DNA from: an uncultured Acidobacteriota bacterium
Lineage (GTDB): Bacteria; Acidobacteriota; Vicinamibacteria; Vicinamibacterales; SCN-69-37
Assembly (NCBI GenBank): GCA_963730485.1
Contig: CAVSRY010000028.1
Span: 8,932-72,931 of the forward strand
Direction of reading: 5' to 3'
Length of the DNA: 64,000 nt
Both the position numbers and the translations under genes were made by a program. The notes beneath the pieces were generated by a model. It did not search any database. It was not told where the DNA came from and saw only the letters and a list, made by a program, of their open reading frames with translations. This document shows positions 1-11,375 of the stretch, piece by piece (within the stretch, counting starts at the first letter, position 1; each line of letters begins with the position of its first letter).

Positions 1-539
1 AGCCGCTGCTCGTCGCGGCGCGACGCGTCGAACTGCATCGCCTCATCGGCTGGTTCGGCGCAGGCCTCGCCGTGGTCGTGATCGTGGTGGGGACGATGGG
101 AGCGTTGATTGCCGCGCGGCGTCCGGGTGGATTCCTTGGCGTGACGTTACCGCCGCTGCAGTTCCTGGTCGTGCCGTTGGCCGACCTGGCGTTGTTCACG
201 GTCTTCGTCGTCATGGCAATCGTCAGGCGGCGAGACACGCAAAGCCATAAGCGCTTCATGCTCCTGGCCACCATCGGGCTGCTCGATGCCGCGGTCGTTC
301 GCTGGCCCTTTGTCGACATGAACGCGGCCTTCGCCGGTTCGCTGTTCACCCGGGCCGACATCGGCGTGGACCTCTTCCTCGTACCGATGATCGTCTGGGA
401 TTTCGTGTCGCGTGGTCGCGTGCATCCCGTCACACTCATCGGCGGCCTGGCAGTGGTTGCGTCGCAGCCGCTTCGCATGATGTTGTCAGAGACGTCGGCG
501 TGGATGAGTTTTGCCGCGTGGGCGGTTAATGCGTCTTGA
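1..539 (+). CDS. Integral membrane protein, 5' partial
   Basis: ORF 72..539 has several hydrophobic segments and an HKRFMLLAT motif; the frame appears to run off the left edge. Confidence 0.7.
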   Translation, partial: PLLVAARRVELHRLIGWFGAGLAVVVIVVGTMGALIAARRPGGFLGVTLPPLQFLVVPLADLALFTVFVVMAIVRRRDTQSHKRFMLLATIGLLDAAVVRWPFVDMNAAFAGSLFTRADIGVDLFLVPMIVWDFVSRGRVHPVTLIGGLAVVASQPLRMMLSETSAWMSFAAWAVNAS

Positions 540-561
540 GTTGACCTGAGGTGTGCTCGCG

Positions 562-914
562 ATGGGCAAGTCCGCAAACGACCGTCGTATCGACTACATC
601 GAGATGAACGTCGCCGATATCGAACGTTCCAAAGCGTTCTATGGCAAAGCCTTCGGTTGGACGTTCAAGGATTACGGTCCGAATTACTGCGGATTCGCGG
701 AGGCCGGCTTACGGGGGATTCACGACGAACGGCAGCCAACCCCTGGCGGTCCGCTGGTCATCTGTACGCCGACGATCTGTGGCGATTCAGAAAGCCGTGT
801 GAAACGGCGGGTGGTTGAATCTCAAAGCGATCTTCGATTTTCCCGGCGGGCAGCGCTTCCATTTTCTCGATCCGGACGGCTACGAGCTGGCCGTGTGGGA
901 GCGAAGCAAATTAG
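562..914 (+). CDS. VOC/glyoxalase family protein (frameshifted)
   Basis: N-terminus IDYIEMNVADIERSKAFYGKAFGWTF; C-terminal RFHFLDPDGYELAVW lies in another frame. Confidence 0.85.
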
Positions 915-945
915 AAGTTCGAAGTTAGAACTTAGAAGTCAGAAA
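911..945 (+). repeat. Degenerate heptamer tandem repeat (TTAGAAG-like)
   Basis: ttagaag ttcgaag ttagaac ttagaag tcagaa, directly after the stop codon. Confidence 0.7.
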
Positions 946-1067
946 GCTGGAAACGGGCCGGTCGGCAGGTAGGTCGTTCGACTTCGACCTGCACGTATTA
1001 TCGAGCACGCCTCGTCTTCGAACAAGACTGTTTCTTCCGCGCCGGCGCCGGTATCATCGCCGGCTCC

Positions 1068-2390
1068 ATGAAAAAAACCGTGGCCCGCGCGGTTCAACCG
1101 CTGCCGCCTGAGGCCCTCCAACGGATCATCGACAACCGTGGGCTCGAGGCGTGCCGGGATCTCCTCGCGCTGGCCACGCCGCAGCAGCTGCAGCGCATCC
1201 TCGATCTGGACCTGTGGCGCCCTCCTCGACCGGGTATGGACGCGGAATTCAATGCGGATCGCTTTGCCGCGTCGGTCGAGTTGCTGCTGGAATCGGACGC
1301 GGCGGTCGCGCTGCAGACACTCGCGAAGATAGACGAGGACCTGGTGATCACCGCGATCGCTCAGCACGTGCGGGTGTTCGATCTGGCGTCAGGCGTCGAT
1401 CCGGCCGGTTGCGAGGTCGGCGGCTACGTCGTCGAAGCCCGGCGCGGTGACAGCGGGACACGGTCGTCCGTCTGCTGCAGTTTCTCAACAACGAGAGTCC
1501 CAGTTACTTCCATCGCGTGATGCGCGGATGCCGGAGCCTGTCGAACTCGAAACCAGAAGTCGAGGGACTGCACGATCTCCTCTCCGACAGCGAGCAGCGA
1601 CTATTCGATCTGGCCGCCGATCGGGAAGAGCGCCGCCAGAAACTGGGCTATGTGACGCCCGCCGGGGCACGTGCGTTTCTTCACGCCGCACGCGAGCGCA
1701 GACAGGAGTGGCTGCCGCCGCCGGAGATCGGTCGCGATGTGGTGACGGAACAGTCGCCATCTCTGGTCGCGGCGCCAGACGCGGCAAGTCTGGGTTTCCG
1801 GAGACTCCGGGCCTTCCTGGAGTTCGCGGACGGGACCGAAGAGCTCGCGTTTCTTGCGAACACGATCGGCGCGGGATGTTCGGTCCAGGGGCGACCCCTG
1901 ACGCCACACGAAGCGTCGGAGGCCGCCGCGGCGGTCTGCAATCTCGGCCTCGAGCACTGGCCGGTTCGGTGGCGTCCGGAACCCTCGTCAGCGCGTTTGA
2001 GGCCGGTGGAGCGTTCTCTACAAGGACGTTGCATGCACGCCGCGAAGGCCCTCCTGCTCGCGGCCGCCGAAGTGCGGACGAGAGACCGCGAGGTCCAGGA
2101 TGGGCTCCTCGCGCTTCGGTTCGACCTTGCGCGGCATTGGCGTGCGGGAGTCCCGTGGCGCGCTCGTGAGGCGCTGGATGTGATCCTGTTGGTCGATCAG
2201 ACGGTGTGGGCGGCATTGCGGGCGTTGATTGACGAATTCCCTGTGATGCACGCGGGCGTGCGAACGGGGCGCGGTTCCGCGACGTTTGCCGTCGATCCTT
2301 CCACCTTCGAGTTCATTTCGGAGAATCTCGAGATTCGGGCCGTACAACACTTCGTCCATGAGCTTCCGGACCGTCTGAGCGATCATTGCT
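1068..2390 (+). CDS. Conserved hypothetical protein, DUF6178-like (frameshifted, end approximate)
   Basis: ORFs 1068..1520 and 1517.. join; motifs GLEACRDLLALATPQQLQRILDLDLW, REERRQKLGYVTP and ELAFLAN. Confidence 0.55.
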
Positions 2391-2588
2391 CGGCGAAATC
2401 CCCAGTGACGCCTCGAAGTCCGAGGCGTATGATGCGCAAATGTCCCTGCCCGGTTTGCGGACGGCCGCGGCCTTGGCTGCCTCTGGCGGGTCTCGTCAGG
2501 GCCGGGAGCCTGCGCAGACGGTCGCCGGCCGGTGGCGTCGCCAAGACTCAGCAGATCTACTCAGTTCAGGATACTCGGTGGAGGGACG

Positions 2589-3819
2589 ATGCGCCGGCGC
2601 CGCGCGTTGATTGCCTGTGGCAGCCTCCTGTTACTCGCCGGAGCGCCGCAGGTCGTCCTCGATGGCGAACCGACCGGCGTCACTCAGGACGAGCTGCGTC
2701 TCGTCTCGTTCGACTGCCGGCCGGAGGCACTCGCGCCGGATCTCGCGCGCATCTGCCGCGTCGCCCGGCGCCTCGAAGGGCAGCGGCTGTTCGACGAGGA
2801 AACGTTCGGCGGCAACGGCCGGACGTGCGCGACCTGCCATTCCCGCGAGACGGGAACGTTTTCCGCGTCGGACGCACAGTCGCGCCTGACCGCCAACCCG
2901 AACGATCCGCTCTTTCGCCACGACGGCTTTGACGATGGCGCCACGGGTCTTTCGCGGATCACGCAGTACGCGACCGTCCGGATTGAGCTGCCGTTGCCCG
3001 GCTACGTCACGCTGAAGGACGATCCGACCCGACGGACCATCGTCGTCCAGCGCGGCACGCCGACGACCCTCAACACGCCCGCGCTCGAGACGTGTTCATG
3101 CACGACCTGCGGAATGCCACGCTCGAGGAGCAGGCGCTCGGCGCGATCGAGGGCCACGCGAAGAACACGATCCAGCCAACGCCCCTTCAACTCCAGCTGA
3201 TCGCCGAGTTCGAGCGGCGGTCGCCCCGGTTCTTTTCATCGCCCGCGTTGCGGCGTCTTGCCGAAGGCGGACCGGCTCCCGAGTTCCGGCTGGCGAGACG
3301 GAGTCGCAGCAGCGCGGACGGCTGTTCTTCGTGGAGGCGCCGTTCACGCGCGGCGCGAAGAACGGCATCTGCGCGCTTGTGCCACAGCGGGCCGATGTTG
3401 AATCGCGGCAGCCAGACACTGTCGGACGTCGTGGCGGGCGCACCGCCCGGCATCCGGGACGCGACGGTGTCGTCTCCGAGCGGAACAAGATGGGAAATCC
3501 GGTCTACACGTTCCTGATCGACGATGGGATGGGCCATCAGGTCGAGATGTCGTCGCCGGATCCGGGTGAGATCCTCAGCTCAGCGCGGCTGCCTCCGCCT
3601 GGCGTCTTCCCGCGGACGACGTTCTTCAACTTCTTCAAGATCCCGACGCTCTGGGGCGTCAGGAACACCGCGCCGTATTTTCACGACGGCTCCGCCAGGA
3701 CGCTGGAAGACGTCGTCGAGCAGTACGAGTTTTTCTTCAAGGACAACCCGTTCGGCCTCATCACGACACTCACCGAGGAAGACAAGAAGGACATCGCCGA
3801 GTACCTTAAGCTTCTCTGA
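2589..3819 (+). CDS. Di-heme cytochrome c peroxidase/MauG-like protein (frameshifted)
   Basis: Signal peptide; GQRLFDEETFGGNGRTCATCH; a second CxxCH across an indel near 3370-3385; FKIPTLWGVRNTAPYFHDGSARTLEDVV. Confidence 0.8.
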
Positions 3820-3837
3820 GTAGCTGAGGAGCGTGTC

Positions 3838-4431
3838 GTGAGGTCTTTCATTTTGTCGTTGGTCGTGTTGGTGGGCGCTGCTGGTGTCTCTGGATGCAGC
3901 GACCCTGAGGCTGACCGTGCCGAGATCGCGGCGGCCGAGGCCGCGAAAGCCGCCGAAGCCAGGGTTCGCGAAGCCGCTGCGGCCAAGCGTGAAGCCGAAC
4001 GACTCGCGGATTTGTGGACCTACAGCGATACGCCTGCCGGCAAGGGCCGACAGTTGTCCACATATCTCTATTCGAGCGAAGGGGTCGACACCGACGGGCA
4101 GGGAGCGAAGCGCGTCCAACTCGTCTTTCGGGATCACCCGTCGTGGGGCCGGAGCAGCTATCTCGTGCTACAGGGCGGCGACTTCAACTGCTACAGCGGC
4201 TGCACCGTGAAGGTGACCGTCGATGACGCGGCGGCGAAGCCGATGGCGGGGCGCCGTCCGAAGACGGACGAGGCGATCGCCATGTTCATCAACGACGAGA
4301 TGACGCTGTGGCGCATGACCGCGGGAGCCAAGCGAATCAGCATCGAGTTTCCCGTGAGGGCCGGCGGCACCCGAACCGCCGCATTCGAAATCGCCGGCCT
4401 CGATCGATCGAAGATGCCAGGATGGGATTGA
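3838..4431 (+). CDS. Hypothetical lipoprotein
   Basis: Intact 197-aa ORF with lipobox VSGC, an Ala/Glu/Lys-rich linker and a globular C-terminal domain. Confidence 0.75.
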   Translation: MRSFILSLVVLVGAAGVSGCSDPEADRAEIAAAEAAKAAEARVREAAAAKREAERLADLWTYSDTPAGKGRQLSTYLYSSEGVDTDGQGAKRVQLVFRDHPSWGRSSYLVLQGGDFNCYSGCTVKVTVDDAAAKPMAGRRPKTDEAIAMFINDEMTLWRMTAGAKRISIEFPVRAGGTRTAAFEIAGLDRSKMPGWD

Positions 4432-4445
4432 GTTTCGCTATCACA

Positions 4446-4540
4446 AGCGAGCGTCAGCGAGCCCGCGCGAACGGAGCGGGGCGCCGGGGTCCCCGCGAGA
4501 GAGCGGGTCGGGGGGTTCGCGGGGGCGGAGCCCCCCGAGC
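4446..4540. repeat. GC-rich intergenic palindromic (REP-like) element
   Basis: gcgagcgtcagcgagcccgcgcgaacggagcgggg...ccccgcgagagagcg...gggggcggagcccccc, with short hairpins; resembles dispersed repeats I recall from subdivision-6 Acidobacteria. Confidence 0.6.
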
Positions 4541-5459
4541 ATGAGAATCGACCAGCAGAGAGCGCTCGAGGAGCTGGATTTCCGGCTCCGGATCGTTCTT
4601 CCCGAGGAGTATCAGGACTCGTACGAGCAAATGGCGCCCGCGCCGATGGGCTCGGCCGACCTCAAGTACGCCGCGGACGGCACCGTGGCGTGGGACGAGA
4701 TCTGGGGGAGCTTCTGCGATCTCGCCATGGCCGGGGGCCCTCCGCACAAGGGCACGCTGCTCGAGCCGGCGACGCCGGCCGAGATCGCCGCGCGGCCCGA
4801 TCGCTATCAGGAAGTCGTCGACGAGATCTGCCGCGGCATCACGATGGTCACGGATCTGCCGGCTCGCGAATCGCCGGCGCCAGGCTGGATCCGTGTGAGC
4901 TGCGTTCAGCGACGCCATGGCCGGCTGGCTGCTCCGGGCCATCGTCACCGAGAACGTCGCCGTCCGCGCCGAAGGCATGGCGCTGGAGTTGCCCGCGTCG
5001 CCGGCGTTTCGACTCGAGAAGGAAATCAAGAACGTCATCACCGTCATCGCGAAGACGTGCCACTACTGGACCGGTCACATGCCGCGGTCGCAGCGGCAGG
5101 CGATTGCCAAGCTCTTCGCGGAGCTGGCGGCGACGTCGCCGCTCGTGCAGCCGGCTCTGTCAGCCGACGGCGTGAGGCCTGACGCCGACGCGCTTCTCTA
5201 CGCGGGCATCGCCCAGCGAATTCATCGGGATACCGGCTTGAAGGCGTCACCCCACCAGTACGCGGGGTGGCTGGGCGTCGAGTGCGAGAGCGTCAACGCC
5301 GCCGTCTGGATGATGCGCGCGCTGGTCGTGTCGAACGTGCTGTCGCGAAGGGAAGGTGTGGTGCTCTTCGTGCCGGTGAATCCGGCGATCGACCCCAACG
5401 GAGGGCGCGTGGCCCAGGCGGTCGTCCGGCTCCACCGACTCGCCGCCGTTCGCGTGTGA
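4541..5459 (+). CDS. Conserved hypothetical protein with internal duplication (frameshift near 4905)
   Basis: ORFs 4541.. and 4917..5459 join; motif WDEIWGSFCDLAMAGGPPHKG and two copies of GW..V.C.S...A.W..RA.V..NV..R.EG. Confidence 0.75.
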
Positions 5460-5514
5460 AAAAGGGGTCGGGACGCTTTTTACAAGAAACGTAAAAAGCG
5501 TCCCGACCCCTTTT
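5460..5514. terminator. Long inverted repeat between convergent genes (bidirectional terminator/REP-like)
   Basis: aaaaggggtcgggacgctttttac-aagaaac-gtaaaaagcgtcccgacccctttt. Confidence 0.75.
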
Positions 5515-5521
5515 CCCTTGT

Positions 5522-7568
5522 CTATTTGGCAGGGGCGGGTGCGGCGCCTCGGCCGAAGAACACGTACGTCCCGAACGTCGTCGCCGTGGCGATGTCGAGA
5601 CGGCCGTCCTTGTTCAGGTCGACGACATCAAACGACGACCCGACGCCCGACTTGTTGTGGATGAGCTCGGGCACGAAGCGCGCGCCGCCGGGGGCCTTCG
5701 GATCGCGGACGGTCTTATAGATGTAGAGCACCGGCGCGCCGGTCGGATCCATGTGCGACATGCTGTTGCTGCCGTTTTCCGACCAGTAACGCTTGCCCGT
5801 GATCATGTCCGGAATCTTGTCACCGTCCATGTCCACGAACCGTTCGGCGTGCGACTCCGAGAACACCACGCCGCCGGAGTTCTCGGTCGCGAGGTTGCCG
5901 GCAATCATGTGCTTCACCCAGGTGTTGCCGTTCGGGCCCTTCTTCTGCTCGAACCAGTTGATGCCCCAGTTGTGCGCCGAGCCGGCGACGACGTCGGTGA
6001 GCCCGTCGCCGTTGACGTCGTACACGCCCATCTCGCCGCCGCCGCTGCCGAACACGCTCGGGTCGCCGAGCTCGGCCTCGTGGAACGTCCACGGGCTGGT
6101 TTCGATTCCGCCTGCCGGCTGTTCGTACCAACCGGTCGGCACGACCACGTCCACGCGCCCGTCGCCGTTGACGTCGCCGACGCCGAGACCGTGGCCGTTG
6201 ACCGCCTGGCCGGGCTCCGAGATCCGGCGCGCCTTCCAGACCTCGGTCGGATTGACCGGATCAGGCTTCGCCCACCCGTAGCCATTGGCCGCGCCCTGGC
6301 CGAAGATCACCTCGGGCTTGCCGTCCTTGTCGAGATCCTTCAACAGCACGATCTCCGACGAGATCGTCGGCAGCACGCTGAACTTGTCCCAGCGACGCGA
6401 CTCGCCCTTCGGATTGACGTACAGATCCATGTGGCGATTGCCGAGCGACGACAGAATGTCCACGAATCCGTCACCGGTGAAGTCGAACGCCAGGTTCACC
6501 ATGTCGGGCGCGAACTGATTTTCCGGATTGTAGATGTAGCCGTCGCGATAGCGGCGGCGCTCGGTGAAGTCGGGGCCCGCGTAGTAGAACGGGCCGGAGA
6601 CGAGGTCGAGGTTCCCATCTTTGTTGATGTCGCCCGTCGTCGCGCCCCATCCGTAGTAGACCGACGTCACCTGCTGCATCGTGAAGCGCGGCGAGACTTG
6701 TTCCTTCGGCTCGACGATCGCCATCGAGATCGCGCCAGGCGAAATCCTTGTAGCGGACCTCGCCGGTGCCGCCGACGTAGAGCGCGACGGCTCCGTAGCC
6801 CGTCGCGTTCGACTCGTCAACCGCGACGACCGCGGCGGGACCGTACGTCGTGATGACCTTGAGCGGACCGACCTGGCTGCCGGCGGGCGGGCCATCCGTG
6901 CCGATGGCGATGTAGGTCTCGTTCCAGTCGCCCGTCTTCAGCGTGGGCCGGCCGCGGCCGGCGATGCCCACTTGCGTGCCGCGCGCGGGTGGCGGAGCCG
7001 GGCGGAGCGGCTGCGCGCCGCCGCAGGGGGAGCTGGCGGGCGCGGGAGCGCAGCCGCCTGAGCGGGACGCGGGCGCGCCTGCGCCGGCGCGACCCGCGCC
7101 TCCGGCCGGAGCCGCCGCGCCGCCACCACCGCCGCGGGCCGGCGGATTCAGCTGTGTGCGGCCGGTCTCTTTGCCGGTCGCGTCGAGCGTCACGGCGTAG
7201 GACGCCGTGTCGCCGTCGCTCATCGATACGTAGACGCCCTTCATGCCGCCGTCGGGCGTCTTCTGTCCGCGGAGCAGCACGCCGGATTTGCACTCGCCGG
7301 TGCACTTGTAATTCATGTAGAGCTGCACGTCCTGGAACGCCTTGTCCATGACGAGCCAGCCGCCGTTCGTGCCGGGCTTGGCCTTGCCGATGAGCTCGCC
7401 GTTCGACGCGGTCCACTCGGCATCGCCGAGGACGCGCCAGCCGGTCAAGGTCGAGCCCTTGAAAGCGCCGTCTGGCTTGAAGTTAGCGGGATCGGCGGCG
7501 CTCAGGCCGAGCGCCATGGCCACGAGGGCCGCCGTGGAAACCGCGAGTGAACGCAGCGAATTCTTCAT
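5522..7568 (-). CDS. Secreted DUF1080 (3-keto-disaccharide hydrolase-like) plus FG-GAP/VCBS repeat protein (frameshift near 6730)
   Basis: Signal peptide MKNSLRSLAV; TLTGWRVLGDAEW...GGWLV...SGVLLR; a Gly/Ala/Pro linker; repeated GDINKDG/GDVNGDG/DVNGDG motifs. Confidence 0.85.
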
Positions 7569-7657
7569 AACACTCCCCATCCGTCTGTCGCCGCGCAAGC
7601 CGCGCGCCGGCCATGTTCCGAACGTCCGATGATAGGAAGTTGGAGGCCGGCAATCAA

Positions 7658-8882
7658 ATGGGGGGCTCGACGCGCGATACATGGCTGCTCCTGGCGACAC
7701 GGTTCATTCGCCTGTTCGCGTACGGCTCGCTGTCCGTCGTGCTGGTGTTCTACCTGATTGCCGTTGGCCTGACCGAGGCGCAAACCGGCCTGCTCCTCAC
7801 GCTCGCGCTGCTCGGCGACACGCTCGTCTCGCTCCTCATCACCACGCGCGCCGACCGCGTCGGCCGCCGACGCATGCTCGTCGTCGGCGCCTTGCTCATG
7901 ACGGCGGCAGGGCTCGTGTTCGTCTCGACCGGCAATTTCTGGCTGCTGCTCGTCGCGGCAACCGATTGGCATCATCAGCCCGAGCGGACAGGAGGTCGGC
8001 CCGTTTCTTCCGATCGAGCAGGCGGCGCTCGCCCGCTCGGTGCCGGACCGCGCGAGAACGAATGTCTTCGCGTGGTACACGCTGACCGGCGCGCTGGCGA
8101 CGGCGCTCGGCGCCCTCGCGGCCGGGTTGATCGCCGCGTCCTCGTCACCGCGCCCGTCACGACCTATCGAAGCATCGTCCTTCTCTACGCGGTGCTCGGG
8201 CTCGTTCTGGCGATCGTCTTTCTTCAACTGTCGCCGGAGACCGAGGCCACGGCGGCCAGCTCGCGCCGAGGCCGCGAGCCGCGGAACCTTCGCGAGTTTC
8301 TCAGGCGTGCCGCAGTCGGGCCCGATCGTCGCCAAGCTCTCCGCGCTCTTCGCACTGGATGCGTTCGGTGGCGGCTTCGTCGCGCAGAGTTTCGCCGCCT
8401 ATTGGTTCCACCTGCGATTCGGCATCGATCCCGCGGTCCTTGGTCCCATTTTTTTCTGGGCGAACGTCCTGGCCGGACTGTCCGCGCTCCTGGCGTCGCG
8501 CATGGCGGCGCGCTTCGGTCTTGTGCAGACGATGGTGTGGACGCACTTGCCGTCGAACGTGCTGCTGATCCTCGTCCCGCTCATGCCAACGCTGCCGCTT
8601 GCGGTTGCCGTGCTGCTCGTGCGCTTCAGCATCAGCCAGATGGACGTGCCGACTCGGCAGTCCTTCGTCATGGCGGTGGTACCGCCCGAGGAACGCGCGG
8701 CGGCGGGAGGTGTCACGGGTGTCGCCCGCACGTTCGGCGCGGCCATCAGCCCGCTGTTCGTCGGTTTGATGTTTGCACGTCCGTCGCTGATTAGCCTTCC
8801 GTTCTTCATTGCCGGGACGTTGAAGATCGTGTACGACGTCGTGTTGTACAAGCAGTTCGTCAAGACGGTTGTGCCGCGTTGA
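7658..8882 (+). CDS. MFS transporter (frameshifted)
   Basis: Motif A-like RADRVGRRRML, many TM segments, SQMDVPTRQSFVMAVVPPEER. Confidence 0.88.
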
Positions 8883-8951
8883 TGCCGACAATTACCATGA
8901 AGGCTGGGTCTCCTCCACGGCCCGTGGGTGCTATTCGTGAAGGAGGCAGAC

Positions 8952-9350
8952 ATGGCTTCAATCTATGAGCACGTCGTGGTGGACGTCAGCGCTGAGAGGG
9001 CGTGGATGGCGGTAAGGCGCGTGGGCGAGGCCCACAAGCTGTTCGCGCCCGTGCTGGTCGATGCTCAACTCGATGGGGACACGCGCACGGCACGATTTGC
9101 CAACGGGATGGTCGTGCACGAGCACATTCTCGACGTCGATGACGAGCGGCGCCGGGTGGCCTACACGGTCACGGACGGTCCGGGGATGACGTATCACCAC
9201 GCGTCGATGGAGATCGTCGAGCAGGGACCAAGCCGGTGCCTCTTCGTCTGGATTACCGACTTCCTCCCGAACGAGATCGCCGACAATCTTCGACCGTTGA
9301 TCGAGCAGGGCACCAAGGCCCTGAAAACGAATCTGGAACGCTCCCGATGA
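8952..9350 (+). CDS. SRPBCC (polyketide cyclase/dehydrase-like) protein
   Basis: SD aggagg upstream; RTARFANGMVVHEHILDVDDERRRVAY. Confidence 0.85.
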   Translation: MASIYEHVVVDVSAERAWMAVRRVGEAHKLFAPVLVDAQLDGDTRTARFANGMVVHEHILDVDDERRRVAYTVTDGPGMTYHHASMEIVEQGPSRCLFVWITDFLPNEIADNLRPLIEQGTKALKTNLERSR

Positions 9351-10075
9351 ACGATCGACCTGGCGCGTCCCTGGTGTTCGAGGAGCGGCCGTCGGACTCT
9401 GTGTTCGTGGAGCGCGTCTGGCGCTGCCGCAGCGAGCGTGCAGGGACGTTTCTCTCGATTGCGCAGAACAACTTCGAGATGGCGGTGACGCGGCATCAGG
9501 GCCGGACGTTCCTGACGCTGCGCGGCCCCGAGACCAAGGCCACGATTGCCGAGTGTCCGGCCGAGGGCGAATGGCTGGGCATTCGGTTCACGCTCGGTAC
9601 GTTCATGCCGGAGCACATGCCCGAAGACCTCAGCGATCGGCGGGACGTGAACCTGCCGGCGGCGACGGGACACTCGTTCTGGCTGGATGGATCGGCGTGG
9701 GACTACCCGGACTTCGAGAATGCCGAGACGTTCGTGAAACGTCTGGTCGCGAAAGGCCTCATCTCGCGTGAGCCCGCGGTCGATGCCGTGCTGCAGGGCC
9801 ATGAGCACGCGATGTCGCTGCGATCGGTTCAGCGCCGGTTTCTGCGCGCGACCGGCCTGAGCCGCAGCCGCGTCCACCAGGTCGAGCGCGCGCGGCACGC
9901 GACCAACCTGCTGCGGCAAGGCGCGCCGATTCTCGACGCGGTGTTCGACGCCGGCTATTTCGATCAGCCGCACCTCACGCGGTCGCTCAAGCACCGGATT
10001 GGCCTGACGCCGTCGGAGGTCGTGAGCGGGCACGAGCAGCTGTCGTTTCTATACAAAACAACGCCGCGATCGTGA
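9347..10075 (+). CDS. AraC-family transcriptional regulator
   Basis: C-terminal HTH SLRSVQRRF...AGYFDQPHLTRSLK; ATGA overlap with the upstream gene. Confidence 0.88.
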   Translation: MNDRPGASLVFEERPSDSVFVERVWRCRSERAGTFLSIAQNNFEMAVTRHQGRTFLTLRGPETKATIAECPAEGEWLGIRFTLGTFMPEHMPEDLSDRRDVNLPAATGHSFWLDGSAWDYPDFENAETFVKRLVAKGLISREPAVDAVLQGHEHAMSLRSVQRRFLRATGLSRSRVHQVERARHATNLLRQGAPILDAVFDAGYFDQPHLTRSLKHRIGLTPSEVVSGHEQLSFLYKTTPRS

Positions 10076-10102
10076 TCCTACGATGGGCATGGGTGAAGCC
10101 CC

Positions 10103-10516
10103 ATGAGCACATCGAAGAGCACATCAGCATCATCGTTCACGAGAAAACAGGTCATTACCGGCTACGTTCTGACGACCGTTGCCGCGCTGTTCCTGACGTT
10201 CGACACCGTCATCAAGATCTTGCAATTGCCCCCGGCGATGGAGGGCACGCTTGCCCTCGGCTATCCAGCGTCAAGCGTCCTGCCGATTGGTTTGATGGAG
10301 TTCGCGGCCCTGGTCTTGTACCTGATGCCGCGAACCTCGGTACTGGGCGCCGTGTTCCTGACGGGCCACCTCGGCGGCGCCATTGCGACGCACGTGAGAA
10401 TCGGCAGTCCGCTCCTGAGCCACACGCTGTTTCCCATCTACGTTGCGCTGCTCATCTGGGGCGGCCTGTATCCGCGAGAGCCCCGACTGCGCGACCTGAT
10501 CCCGTTCCGGCGTTGA
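10103..10516 (+). CDS. DoxX family membrane protein
   Basis: LYLMPRTSVLGAVFLTGHLGGAIATHVR. Confidence 0.85.
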   Translation: MSTSKSTSASSFTRKQVITGYVLTTVAALFLTFDTVIKILQLPPAMEGTLALGYPASSVLPIGLMEFAALVLYLMPRTSVLGAVFLTGHLGGAIATHVRIGSPLLSHTLFPIYVALLIWGGLYPREPRLRDLIPFRR

Positions 10517-10548
10517 GGGGCCGTCGCGAGACCCGCAAAACCGCGAGC

Positions 10549-11361
10549 TTACCGTCGCGACGCCCGCTCGATCGGCACTCGCACCTCGATGGCCTTGTCG
10601 AGCGCGATCGACAGCGCCGTGCCGACGGGCCAACGGACCTCGGGACCGGACGTCGAGAGCACGACCGCCGTACCGGCTCCGCCGCCAACCGCCGCGCCGA
10701 TACCGGCGCCCTTCTTGCCGCCCACGATCGCGCCAATGACCGCGCCGCCCGCGGCCGGAATCCCGATCTTCTTGGCGTCATCCGTCTTGGTCGATGCCGC
10801 CGTGCGTTGAAGGCCTGCCGACAACGCGTACGTCTCGCCCGCGACCGACATCGATTGGAAGCGCACCGCGAGGGTTGCCCGCCCGCTGACCTTGCCGGAC
10901 GGGTCGGCGTTCGTGACGACACCAGTCATCACGCTGCCCGCGGGCAGCACTTCCACGCCTTCCACGAGCACGGCCTCCGTGAGCGTGGCCTGGATCCGAT
11001 CCTCGACCTTGCTGGTGTCCGAGCCCGCCGACGTGTCCAGACGAACGGAGAGGGCCGTTCCGTCGGGTACGGTGAACTCACGGAACTTGGCCGCCGGGGG
11101 CAACGGTGGCGGCGTGGCTCCGTCTGCAAGCTGAACACTGGCGATCTCGTCGCGCGCGATCGATCGCGAGGCGGCTCCCGCGCCCATTTGGACGGTTTTG
11201 TCGTCACGCGCCGTGAGGGGGCCTCGAACAACGCCCCCGTCCTCACGCACGACTTCGACCGGTGTGCCGATGGGAACCTTGTCGAGATCCACTCGATTCG
11301 AGCAGCCAACGCCGACTCCGATCAGCAAGACAGCAATGAACGTTCGATATGCATTCGGCAT
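10549..11361 (-). CDS. Lipoprotein with TrbI/VirB10-like beta domain and glycine zipper
   Basis: Lipobox GVGC; VPDGTALSVRL; GAVIGAIVGGKKGAGIGAAVGGGAG. Confidence 0.7.
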   Translation of the reverse strand: MPNAYRTFIAVLLIGVGVGCSNRVDLDKVPIGTPVEVVREDGGVVRGPLTARDDKTVQMGAGAASRSIARDEIASVQLADGATPPPLPPAAKFREFTVPDGTALSVRLDTSAGSDTSKVEDRIQATLTEAVLVEGVEVLPAGSVMTGVVTNADPSGKVSGRATLAVRFQSMSVAGETYALSAGLQRTAASTKTDDAKKIGIPAAGGAVIGAIVGGKKGAGIGAAVGGGAGTAVVLSTSGPEVRWPVGTALSIALDKAIEVRVPIERASRR

Positions 11362-11375
11362 GGTGGTTTCCGGTC

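Noticed and set aside
2386-2610. 74-aa ORF between the DUF6178-like and peroxidase genes
   Set aside because: No recognisable motif or SD; likely intergenic sequence.
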